Assembly (NCBI GenBank): GCA_038212275.1
Contig: JBBQUR010000005.1
Span: 64,001 to 128,000, forward strand
Length of the DNA stretch: 64,000 nucleotides
Source of the DNA: Planctomycetota bacterium
Lineage (GTDB): Bacteria > Planctomycetota > B15-G4
Reading direction: 5' to 3'
Part shown: positions 18,820 to 27,155 of the stretch, in pieces
Layout of the letters: each line of letters opens with the position of its first letter
Numbering within the stretch: the first letter of the stretch is position 1
The notes under the pieces: generated by a model
The model's input: the letters and a program-made list of their open reading frames with translations, nothing else
The model's database searches: none
What the model was told of the DNA's origin: nothing
Program-made: the position numbers and the translations under genes

Positions 18820-19437
18820 ATGAGCTACGCCAGCCTGCTTGCGACACTCGACGCCTGGTTCTCGCGCGGCAGCGCGGACGCCGGCCCGGGCGTGGTGCCG
18901 TGTCGGCGGGGTTGCAGCGCCTGCTGCCACGGGCCCTTCGACATCTCGCCCGCCGATGCCGCGCTCATCGCCGAGGGCGTGGCGGCGCTTCCGGAAGCCG
19001 AGCGCAGCGCCATGCACGCGCGCGCGCGGTCCCAGCTCTCCCGCTGCGCCGCGTTGCTGCCTGGCTGGGGGCCGCCGTGGCTCGTGGCCGCGGTGGAGGA
19101 GCTCGCCTTTGACACGCTGACGGAACAGCTCGCGGGCGATCCATGCCCGGCGCTGGACCCCGGAGGCGGCTGCGGCCTTTACGAACATCGCCCGGCCACA
19201 TGCCGCATGACGGGGCTGGCGATGGACCTCGGCTCGAACGAGCGGCTCGACAATCACTGCCCGATCCAGGCGGACTTTCCTGCCTACGCAGCGCTGCAAG
19301 CGACTCCCTTCGACCTGCAGCGCTTCGAGGACGAAGCCGAAGTTCACGATGCACGGGCCGCCGACCGCGGCCACGCCAGCACCACCGTCGCCGGCGCCAT
19401 CGAGGCCGCCCTGCGCGGACCCGGGACCCGCGGCTAG
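18820..19437 (+). CDS. YkgJ family cysteine-cluster (zinc/iron-chelating) protein
   Basis: CRRGCSACC ... CPALD...CGLYEHRPATCR. Confidence 0.9.
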   Translation: MSYASLLATLDAWFSRGSADAGPGVVPCRRGCSACCHGPFDISPADAALIAEGVAALPEAERSAMHARARSQLSRCAALLPGWGPPWLVAAVEELAFDTLTEQLAGDPCPALDPGGGCGLYEHRPATCRMTGLAMDLGSNERLDNHCPIQADFPAYAALQATPFDLQRFEDEAEVHDARAADRGHASTTVAGAIEAALRGPGTRG

Positions 19438-19446
19438 CATGGCGTG

Positions 19447-20544
19447 ATGCGTATCCTGCTGCCGTTGAGCCTGTGTCTGTGTGCCTTCACCTCGCCGCTG
19501 CGGGCCCAGGCGCCGCCCGACGAGAGCGCGTCGCGCAACGGGCGTGTCGTCATCGAGCGCGCGGAGGTTGCCGCGGAGCGCCCGACGCTCACCTTCTTCG
19601 TGCACGAGCTCACGGAGGATCAGGTGCGCGAGGTGGGCGCGCTGGCGGAGCACGTGCAGCTCGTCGTCGGACTGTCGCGCGACGAAGCGACGGCGCGCGC
19701 GACCGAACCGCAGGGCATCGACGCCTACTACGCGACACCGGAGTTCCTGCAGGCCGCGCCGCAACTGGTCTGGATCCAGGCGCAGAGCGCCGGCGTGGAT
19801 CGCACCGTCGGCCTGGACGCGGTGCAGAGCGGGCGCGTGCTCCTCACCAACCTGCGTGCCGTGCACGGGCCGGCCATCGCCGACCATGCCTTCGCGATGC
19901 TGCTCGCACTGACCCGCGACTTGCCGGTGCACCTGGCGGGCCGCGCCGAGGGGCGCTGGGACAGGGAGGGCTCGGGCCAGCTGGAACCGATCGCGCTGGC
20001 GGGGCGGACGCTGCTCGTGGTCGGGCTGGGAGGCATCGGCACGGAGATCGCGCAGCGCGGGCACGGCTTCGGCATGACCGTGCTCGCGACGCGTCGCAGC
20101 AGCGACGAGGCGCCGGACTGGGTGCAGCACGTGGGGCGTCCGGACGAACTGCTCACGCTGCTTCCGCAGGCCGATGTCGTCGCCATCGCGGTGCCGCTCA
20201 CGGACGAGACGCGCGGGCTCTTCAATGCGGCGGCCTTCGCCGCGATGAAGCCCGGCAGCTATCTCGTGAACATTGCGCGCGGCCAGGTGGTGGACACCGC
20301 CGCGCTGCTCGCCGCGCTGCAGTCGGGCCGGCTCGCGGGCGCGTGCCTCGACGTCACGGATCCCGAGCCGCTGCCCGCCGACCATCCGCTCTGGAAGCTG
20401 CCCAACGTGGTCATCACGCCGCACGTCGCCTCGCGCGCGCAGCTCACGGACGACCGCGCGTGGGAGCTGTTCCGCGAGAACCTGCGCCGCTTCGACGCGG
20501 CTGAGCCGCTGCTCAACGCCGTGGATCCCGTCGCCGGGTATTGA
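19447..20544 (+). CDS. D-2-hydroxyacid dehydrogenase with an N-terminal signal peptide
   Basis: SAGVD, GLGGIG, VPLTDETRGL, NIARG, LDVTDPEPL, ITPHVA; N-terminus MRILLPLSLCLCAFTSPLRA-Q. Confidence 0.9.
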   Translation: MRILLPLSLCLCAFTSPLRAQAPPDESASRNGRVVIERAEVAAERPTLTFFVHELTEDQVREVGALAEHVQLVVGLSRDEATARATEPQGIDAYYATPEFLQAAPQLVWIQAQSAGVDRTVGLDAVQSGRVLLTNLRAVHGPAIADHAFAMLLALTRDLPVHLAGRAEGRWDREGSGQLEPIALAGRTLLVVGLGGIGTEIAQRGHGFGMTVLATRRSSDEAPDWVQHVGRPDELLTLLPQADVVAIAVPLTDETRGLFNAAAFAAMKPGSYLVNIARGQVVDTAALLAALQSGRLAGACLDVTDPEPLPADHPLWKLPNVVITPHVASRAQLTDDRAWELFRENLRRFDAAEPLLNAVDPVAGY

Positions 20545-20550
20545 GGCCCG

Positions 20551-20680
20551 CGCGCCGCCCGCCGCCCGCGCCGCCCGCGCCGCCCGCGCGCCACCTGCGC
20601 CACCTGCGCCACCTGCGCCACCCGCCCGCGCCACCTGCGCCACCTGCGCCACCCGCCCGCGCCACCCGCCTGCGCCGGCG
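20551..20680. repeat. Intergenic 9-bp tandem repeats
   Basis: GCCGCCCGC runs followed by GCCACCTGC/GCCACCCGC runs. Confidence 0.88.
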
Positions 20681-20777
20681 GCGGGTCACCGGCGGAACTT
20701 CGGCGCTAAGTGCTACCGCCCGGGGGCGTGTTCGGGAGATGCTGACCGGCCGTTTCGCCGTCTTGCGGGGGTGCGTG

Positions 20778-23700
20778 ATGCGTAGCAGTGCGTCGACGAT
20801 CGTGGCTCGGGTCGTGTTCCTCGGTGCCGTGTGCGGGTCGGGCCCCGTCGCGCTGCCCGTGGTCGCGGCACAACAGGCGCCCCCGGGTTTCGACGAGGCC
20901 TTCGCGCTGGCGCCCGACCGCGCGCAGGTGCTCGACCAGCTCGTGCCGGGCTCCCCCGAGTGGACCTTCTACAGCTGCCTGCAGCTGCAACAGGTCGGTG
21001 CCCTTCAGGAGGCGCAGGCCACGCTGCGCGCCTGGATCGATCAGCACGGACGCGACGACGGCTGGGTGGGGCAGCTGGAAACCCGCCAGGCGCTGCTCTC
21101 CTTCGAGCGGGACCCGGCAGCCACCTGGGCCTTTCTGCGCGAACGCCTCGGACTGCACTTCGATGACAGGCGGCAGACCGCGGGCGACGTGCCGGACCTG
21201 CCCACGAGCCTCGACCCATCCGCCATCTCGCAGGCGACGCTGCTCGCCCGCGCCCTCGAGAACTCGCCGCGCACGCTGGACGGCCTCACCAATGCAGGCA
21301 TCGAGTCGATCGACCCCGCCACGTTGAGCCCCGAGCTGCGCGGCAACTACCTCGCGCGCCTCGTGCGCCCGGATGTTCCGGGTCTCGCGCAGCTGGTGGT
21401 CGACGACATGGCGCGCCGCGACGGGCCGGACTTCGGCGGGCTCTCGATTCACAGGCGCCTGCTGCTCGAGCAGCTCCAGGAGTGCGCGCGTCTGCGCCCC
21501 GAGCTGCTCAACGACGGAGGCTTCATGCAGACGTGGGTGCGCCGCCTGCACCCGGGGGCGGACTCGGATTGGGAACACGACGATGCCGAGCGTCTCGCGT
21601 ATCTCGAGCGCCTGGAGCAGTTCACCGCGCCGCTCGCGCCGGTGCACAACTCGCTGAAGGCGCACGTGCTCTACTGGAGGCTCGCCTACGACCACGAGCA
21701 CGGCGTGCACGACAAGGCGCGGCTGCTTGCCTACCTGCGCCTGCCGAGGCAGTCCTCGCTGCGCAACTTCGAATGGACCCGACGCGCGGGCAGCGATGTG
21801 ATGGTGGACGTCAGCGCGCAGCCGCTCACGGGCCTGCCGCCGATCGGCGACGACGAGGAGCTGGTGCGCGCCTGCCTCATCGAGATCTTCCGCACGGCGC
21901 CCGACTACAAGCAGGACTTCGCGCCGCTGCTCGCCGAGAGCGAGGTGCGCCGGCTCTTCGCCGAGTCCAAGCTGCTCTTCGGCGTGGGCGATCTGCAGCA
22001 GTGGTATGACGTGCTGGGCAGCCCGGCCGACGTGGAGGCGCTGCGTTCGCGCGTCGAGGTCGCCTTCGCGCCCGGCAATCGCCGGCAGTTCGGCCCGGAC
22101 GACGAGGTCGTCCTCGACGTGGACCTCAAGCGCGTGGACGAACTGCTCGTGCGCGTCTTCGAGCTGGACGCCTTCAACGTGTACAGCACGACCGGGCGCG
22201 AGATCGATGCTTCCGTCGCGCTGGACGGCCTCGTCGCCAACGAGGAAACGCTGCACACCTACAGCGAGAATCCGCTGCGGCGCGTGCGGCGGAGCTTCAC
22301 CTTCCCGCAACTCTCGAAGCCCGGCGTCTACGTCGTGGAGCTCGTCTCCGGCGGGCTCGCGAGCCGCGCCGTCATCCACAAGGGCCGGTTGCAGCTGGTG
22401 GAGCGCGTGGGCGCGGCGGGTCACGTCTTCCGCGTGCTCGACGACGACGGCCGCCTGCTGCCCGGCGCCTCGATCTGGATGGCGGACCTGAACTACGCGG
22501 CCGATGCGAACGGCGAGATCACCGTGCCTTTCTCCACCGACCCCGGCAACCGCAGCATGGTGCTGCGCGACGGCGACCGCGCGACGCTGGCGCCGTTCCG
22601 GCATCTGGGCGAAACCTACACGCTGCAGGCCGGCGTCTTCGTGGACCGCGAGGCGCTGCTCGCGCGACGCACGGCAAGCCTGCTCGTGCGTCCGTCGCTG
22701 CGCGTCGATGATCGCGACGTCAGCCTTGCGCTGCTGGAAGAGCCGGCGCTCACGATCACGGCCACGGACCAGGACGGCGTCGCCTCCACGCAGGTCGTCC
22801 GCGACGTCACTCTGACTGCGCAGGGCGAGCTGGTGCACGAGTTCCAGGTGCCGGATCGCCTGGCCTCGCTGACCGTCACGCTTTCCGGCCGCGTGAAAAA
22901 TCTGAGCCTCGGCAAGGACGCCGAGCTGGCCGCCACGCCCGTGACCTTCCGCGTGAGCGCCATCGACCACACGACGGCGATCGCCTCCGCGCTGCTGGGC
23001 CGCACGCCCGATGGCTATCAGCTGGACGTGCTGGGGCGCACCGGCGAAGCGCTGCCCGACCGCACGGTGATCGTGTCGCTGCAGCACCGCGGCTTCCGCC
23101 AGCCCGCCCGCGCGGCGCTGCGCAGTGACGGCCTCGGCCGCGTGCACCTCGGTGCCCTGACCGGCATCGACAGCGTGAGCGTCGAGGGCTTCAGCAGCGA
23201 GTTCAAGACCTGGCCGCTGGCGGACGACGCGCGCACCTGGCCCGCGGCGCTGAACGGCCTGGCAGGAAGCGTGCTCGCCGTGCCGGCACCGCGCGGCGCC
23301 GTCCGCCCGCAGCGCGAGCGCGTCTCGCTCCTCGAGCTGCGCGACGGCGAGTTTGCGATCGATCGCTTCGATCACCTCGCGCTGGTCGACGGCTTCCTGG
23401 AACTGCGCGACCTGCCGCCCGGCGACTACAACCTGCTGCTCAAGGACGATTCCGACAGCATCGCGGTGCACCTGACCGCCGGCGAGCGGCGCGACGACTG
23501 GTTCGTCGGCCGCTCCCGCATGCTGCCTGCAGACGACGCCGCGCCGCTGCACGTCACCGAGCTCTCGGCGACCGACAGCGAGCTGCTGATCCGCGTGGCG
23601 AACGCCGGGCCCGAGACCCGCGTGCACGTCGTCACCACGCGCTGGCTGCCGCCCTTCGATCCCTTCGCCGCGCTGCGCCTCGACGCGCCGTGGCAGGCCG

Positions 23701-26700
23701 ACGCACTCGAGGTCGATCGCGCGGAGTCCACCTATCACGCCAGCACCGCGATCTCCGACGAGCAGCGCTACGTGCTCGACAGGCGCCAGGCGCGCAAATT
23801 CCCGGGCAACATGCTGCAGCGCCCGACGCTGCTGCTCAACCCGTGGGAGCTGCAGGAGACGGACACCAGCGACATGCCGGGTGGCGGCGGGGGAGCTGGC
23901 ATGGGAAAACTCGGGGGCCGCGGCAAGACCCGGGGCAGCAGCGGCGCCTCGGTGATCCACTCATTCGAGAGCAACCCCGGGCAGTACGCGGATCTCTCCT
24001 TCCTCCCCGCGCCCTCGATCACGCTGGCGAACCTCAAGCCAGGCGCGGACGGCGTGCTGCGCGTGCCGCGCGCGGATCTCGGTCCGTGGAATCACGTGCA
24101 GGTACTCGCCGTGGACGGCGACACCACGGAGCTGACCACGCTCACGCTCCCGCAGGCGCCGCTCGTGCCTGCCGACCGCACGCTGCGCGCCGCCTTCGAT
24201 GCGACACGGCATCTCACCGAGCGCCGCAGCATCGAATACCTGGACACGGGCGCCAGCGCGACGATCGACGACGTGACGACGTCGCGCGCCGAGGTCATCG
24301 ACTCGCTCGGCGCCGTCTTCCGGCTCTTCTCCGCGCTCTCCGCCAACAGCGACCTGCCGCGCTTCGCCTTCCTGCTGCACTGGCCCGAGCTCTCGCGTGA
24401 AGAGCGCCTCGCGCTGCTTTCCGAGAACGGCTGCCACGAGCTGCACCTCTTCGTGCACGAGCACGATCCGGCGCTCTTCACGGAGGTCGTCGCGCCGCAC
24501 CTGCGCAACAAGCTGCACAAGACCTTCCTCGACCGCTGGCTGCTCGATGAAGATCTGAGCGCGTACCTCGCGCCGTGGGAGTTCTCGCAGCTCAACGTCG
24601 TGGAGCGCATCCTGCTTGCGCAGCGCCTGCCGCAGGCGGCGGTCGTGTCCGCGCGCCTCACCGACGTGCTGCAGCTGCAGCCGCCCGATCCGGACGCCGC
24701 GCGCCGCCGCTTCGACGCCGCCCTGCGCGGCGCCGACCTCGACACGGCCTCCTTGAACGACGCCATGGAGAGCCAGGCCAAGCTGGCACGGGAAGCGAAG
24801 TCCTCGTTCGACTCCTCGCGGAAGGAGAAAGACAACCTGAGTGTCCCGGCCGCTGGCGTGGCAGGCGGCGCGGACGCTCCGGCTCCGGCCGCGACACTTG
24901 CAGAGGCGGTTCTCGGCGAGGACGCCAGCGATGAGGAGTTCGCAGCCGGGCTGACGACGCGCAGCCGCAGCGACGACGACGATCTGCGCCGCCGCGCCAG
25001 CCAGCGTGCGCTCTACCGCGGGCCGGACCGCACGCGCGAGCTGGTCGAGGACAACTACTGGCACGAGCCCATCGCGGAGCAGGACGGCGAGCTCATCCCG
25101 GTGAATGCCTTCTGGCTGGACTTCGCGCAGGTGCCGGCCGGCGCGCCCTTCGTTTCCACGCACGTGGCGGAGGCCGCGGGCAACATCCACGAGATGCTGC
25201 TCGCGCTCGCGCTCCTCGACTTGCCGTTCACGCCGGCGGAGCCCGTGCGGACGGCCGAGGGCACGCGCCTGTCGCTGCGAGCGGGCAGCCCGCTGCTGCT
25301 CGTGAGCCGGCAGCTGAAGGAGGCCGTGGCGGGCGAGCACGCCTCATCCGTCTTCGTCGGCCAGAACCTCTTCCGCCTCGACGATCGCACGCGGCTCGTC
25401 GGCGGCGAGCTGCGCGAGCACTTCGTCACGGAGGAATTCCTGACCGGCGTGATCTACGGCAGCCTCGTGGTCATCACCAACCCGAGTTCCGCGCCGCAGT
25501 CGCTGCAGGTGTTGCTGCAGGTGCCGCAGGGCGCCATCGCCGTCGGTGGCGGCCAGGCCACGCGCAGCGCCGACGTGCGCCTCGGGCCCTACGCCACCAC
25601 CACGCTGGAGACGCTTTTCTACTTCCCGCGCGTCGGCGACTTCCCGCAGTATCCGGTGCAGGTCTCGCACGAGGGAGAGCTGCTCGCCTTCGCGCCGCCG
25701 GCGATGCGCCATGTCGTGGCGACGCCCAGCACGGTGGACACCGGGTCGTGGGAGCACGTCTCGCAGTACGGCGCCGACGAGCAGGTCTGGGCCTACCTCG
25801 AAGGCGCCAACCTGCAGGCGGTCGCGTGGCAGCGCATCGCGTGGCGGCTCCAGGACGCGGCCTTCTTCCGCACGGCCATCGATTGGCTGGGTCGGCGCGA
25901 GGTCTACGCGCCCGTGGTCTGGAGCTACTCGATCCTGCACCGCGACGTGCCCGCCGCGCGCGAGTACCTCAAGCACCGCCCTTCCTTCCTCGCGACCTGC
26001 GGGCAGTCGCTGCGCTCGCCGCTGGTGGACATCGACCCGATCGAGCGGCGCCTGTATCAGCACATCGAGTACGAGCCACTCATCAATGCGCGCACGCATC
26101 GCTTCGGGGCGCAGCGCGAGATCGCGAACGCGAGCCTCGCGCTGCAGTACCGGCGCTTCATGACGGTGCTCGACTACCAGCCGGCGCTTGACGACGCGGA
26201 CTGGTTGTCCGTCACCTACTACCTGCTGCTGCAGGATCGCGTGGAGGAGGCACTGGCCTCCTTCGCGAGGGTGAATGCGGCAGCGCTGCCGGGGCGCCTG
26301 CAATACGACCTCATGCAGGCCTATCTCGACTTCTTCGGCGGGGATCTTGCGCGTGCGCGGGCCATCGCCGAAACATATCGCGACCATCCCGTGCCGCGCT
26401 GGCGCGAGCGCTTCCGCGAGATCCTCGAGCAGCTCGACGAGGCGCAGGGACTGGGCACGGGCGGCGAGGCCGGCGCGCTCCTCGCCAGCGAGCCGTCGCT
26501 CGAACTGCAGCTCGTGGACGGCCGCGTCGTCGTGCAGCACGCCAACCTGTCGGCCTGCGCCGTGCGCTGGTTCCCGATGGACGCCGAGCTGCTCTTCTCG
26601 CGCGATCCCTTCGGCGAACAGGACACCGACATCTTCGCAACGATCCGGCCCGCGCGCGCCGACACGCTTGCGCTGGACGCCGGCGCGCGCAGCACGACGG

Positions 26701-27065
26701 TCGACGTGCCGGCGGAATTCGCCGGCAGGAACGTGCTGGTGGAGGTGCGTGGCGGAGGGCTCGCGCGGCGCCAGGCGCGCTACGCGAGCACGCTGGACGT
26801 GCAGCTCCTCGAGCCGCGCGGCCAGCTCAAGGTGACCTCGGCTGCGTCGGGCGCAGCGCTGCCGTCGGTCTACGTGAAGGTCTTCGCGCGCCTGCCGGGC
26901 GGGGGCGTCGTCTTCCACAAGGACGGCTACACGGACCTGCGAGGCCGCTTCGACTACGCGTCCGTCTCCGGAGAAGGCCAGGCGCAACCCGAACGCTTCG
27001 CACTGCTCATCCTGAGCGAAACGGACGGCACCGTGATCCGCCAGGCGCAACCTCCGGCGCGCTGA
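20778..27065 (+). CDS. Very large secreted hypothetical protein (about 2,095 aa), possibly alpha-2-macroglobulin-like
   Basis: Single open frame with host-like codon usage; signal peptide ending VAA-QQ; alternating helical and beta-rich regions; C-terminal VYVKVFAR...KDGYTDLRGRFDY. The CDS is certain; the product is tentative. Confidence 0.8.
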   Translation: MRSSASTIVARVVFLGAVCGSGPVALPVVAAQQAPPGFDEAFALAPDRAQVLDQLVPGSPEWTFYSCLQLQQVGALQEAQATLRAWIDQHGRDDGWVGQLETRQALLSFERDPAATWAFLRERLGLHFDDRRQTAGDVPDLPTSLDPSAISQATLLARALENSPRTLDGLTNAGIESIDPATLSPELRGNYLARLVRPDVPGLAQLVVDDMARRDGPDFGGLSIHRRLLLEQLQECARLRPELLNDGGFMQTWVRRLHPGADSDWEHDDAERLAYLERLEQFTAPLAPVHNSLKAHVLYWRLAYDHEHGVHDKARLLAYLRLPRQSSLRNFEWTRRAGSDVMVDVSAQPLTGLPPIGDDEELVRACLIEIFRTAPDYKQDFAPLLAESEVRRLFAESKLLFGVGDLQQWYDVLGSPADVEALRSRVEVAFAPGNRRQFGPDDEVVLDVDLKRVDELLVRVFELDAFNVYSTTGREIDASVALDGLVANEETLHTYSENPLRRVRRSFTFPQLSKPGVYVVELVSGGLASRAVIHKGRLQLVERVGAAGHVFRVLDDDGRLLPGASIWMADLNYAADANGEITVPFSTDPGNRSMVLRDGDRATLAPFRHLGETYTLQAGVFVDREALLARRTASLLVRPSLRVDDRDVSLALLEEPALTITATDQDGVASTQVVRDVTLTAQGELVHEFQVPDRLASLTVTLSGRVKNLSLGKDAELAATPVTFRVSAIDHTTAIASALLGRTPDGYQLDVLGRTGEALPDRTVIVSLQHRGFRQPARAALRSDGLGRVHLGALTGIDSVSVEGFSSEFKTWPLADDARTWPAALNGLAGSVLAVPAPRGAVRPQRERVSLLELRDGEFAIDRFDHLALVDGFLELRDLPPGDYNLLLKDDSDSIAVHLTAGERRDDWFVGRSRMLPADDAAPLHVTELSATDSELLIRVANAGPETRVHVVTTRWLPPFDPFAALRLDAPWQADALEVDRAESTYHASTAISDEQRYVLDRRQARKFPGNMLQRPTLLLNPWELQETDTSDMPGGGGGAGMGKLGGRGKTRGSSGASVIHSFESNPGQYADLSFLPAPSITLANLKPGADGVLRVPRADLGPWNHVQVLAVDGDTTELTTLTLPQAPLVPADRTLRAAFDATRHLTERRSIEYLDTGASATIDDVTTSRAEVIDSLGAVFRLFSALSANSDLPRFAFLLHWPELSREERLALLSENGCHELHLFVHEHDPALFTEVVAPHLRNKLHKTFLDRWLLDEDLSAYLAPWEFSQLNVVERILLAQRLPQAAVVSARLTDVLQLQPPDPDAARRRFDAALRGADLDTASLNDAMESQAKLAREAKSSFDSSRKEKDNLSVPAAGVAGGADAPAPAATLAEAVLGEDASDEEFAAGLTTRSRSDDDDLRRRASQRALYRGPDRTRELVEDNYWHEPIAEQDGELIPVNAFWLDFAQVPAGAPFVSTHVAEAAGNIHEMLLALALLDLPFTPAEPVRTAEGTRLSLRAGSPLLLVSRQLKEAVAGEHASSVFVGQNLFRLDDRTRLVGGELREHFVTEEFLTGVIYGSLVVITNPSSAPQSLQVLLQVPQGAIAVGGGQATRSADVRLGPYATTTLETLFYFPRVGDFPQYPVQVSHEGELLAFAPPAMRHVVATPSTVDTGSWEHVSQYGADEQVWAYLEGANLQAVAWQRIAWRLQDAAFFRTAIDWLGRREVYAPVVWSYSILHRDVPAAREYLKHRPSFLATCGQSLRSPLVDIDPIERRLYQHIEYEPLINARTHRFGAQREIANASLALQYRRFMTVLDYQPALDDADWLSVTYYLLLQDRVEEALASFARVNAAALPGRLQYDLMQAYLDFFGGDLARARAIAETYRDHPVPRWRERFREILEQLDEAQGLGTGGEAGALLASEPSLELQLVDGRVVVQHANLSACAVRWFPMDAELLFSRDPFGEQDTDIFATIRPARADTLALDAGARSTTVDVPAEFAGRNVLVEVRGGGLARRQARYASTLDVQLLEPRGQLKVTSAASGAALPSVYVKVFARLPGGGVVFHKDGYTDLRGRFDYASVSGEGQAQPERFALLILSETDGTVIRQAQPPAR

Positions 27066-27119
27066 GGGGTGCGCTGAGGGGCGCGTTGAGGGGCGCGCTG
27101 AGGGGCGCGCTGAGGGGCG
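27060..27119. repeat. 12-bp tandem repeat x5 starting at a stop codon
   Basis: CG(C/T)TGAGGGG(C/T)G x5; the first copy contains the TGA of the giant CDS. Confidence 0.88.
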
Positions 27120-27155
27120 CGCCAGGCGACGCGCCGGGTCGTGCGCTGACCGGGG

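Noticed and set aside
20541..20777. Pro/His-rich N-terminal extensions in the ORF track (also 14443-15108, 37172-37399)
   Set aside because: They are read-through of intergenic repeats or neighbouring genes; signal peptides and motifs indicate later starts.
24429..24443. GCHEL as a true thioester site
   Set aside because: A thioester needs CxEQ and the Gln is absent.
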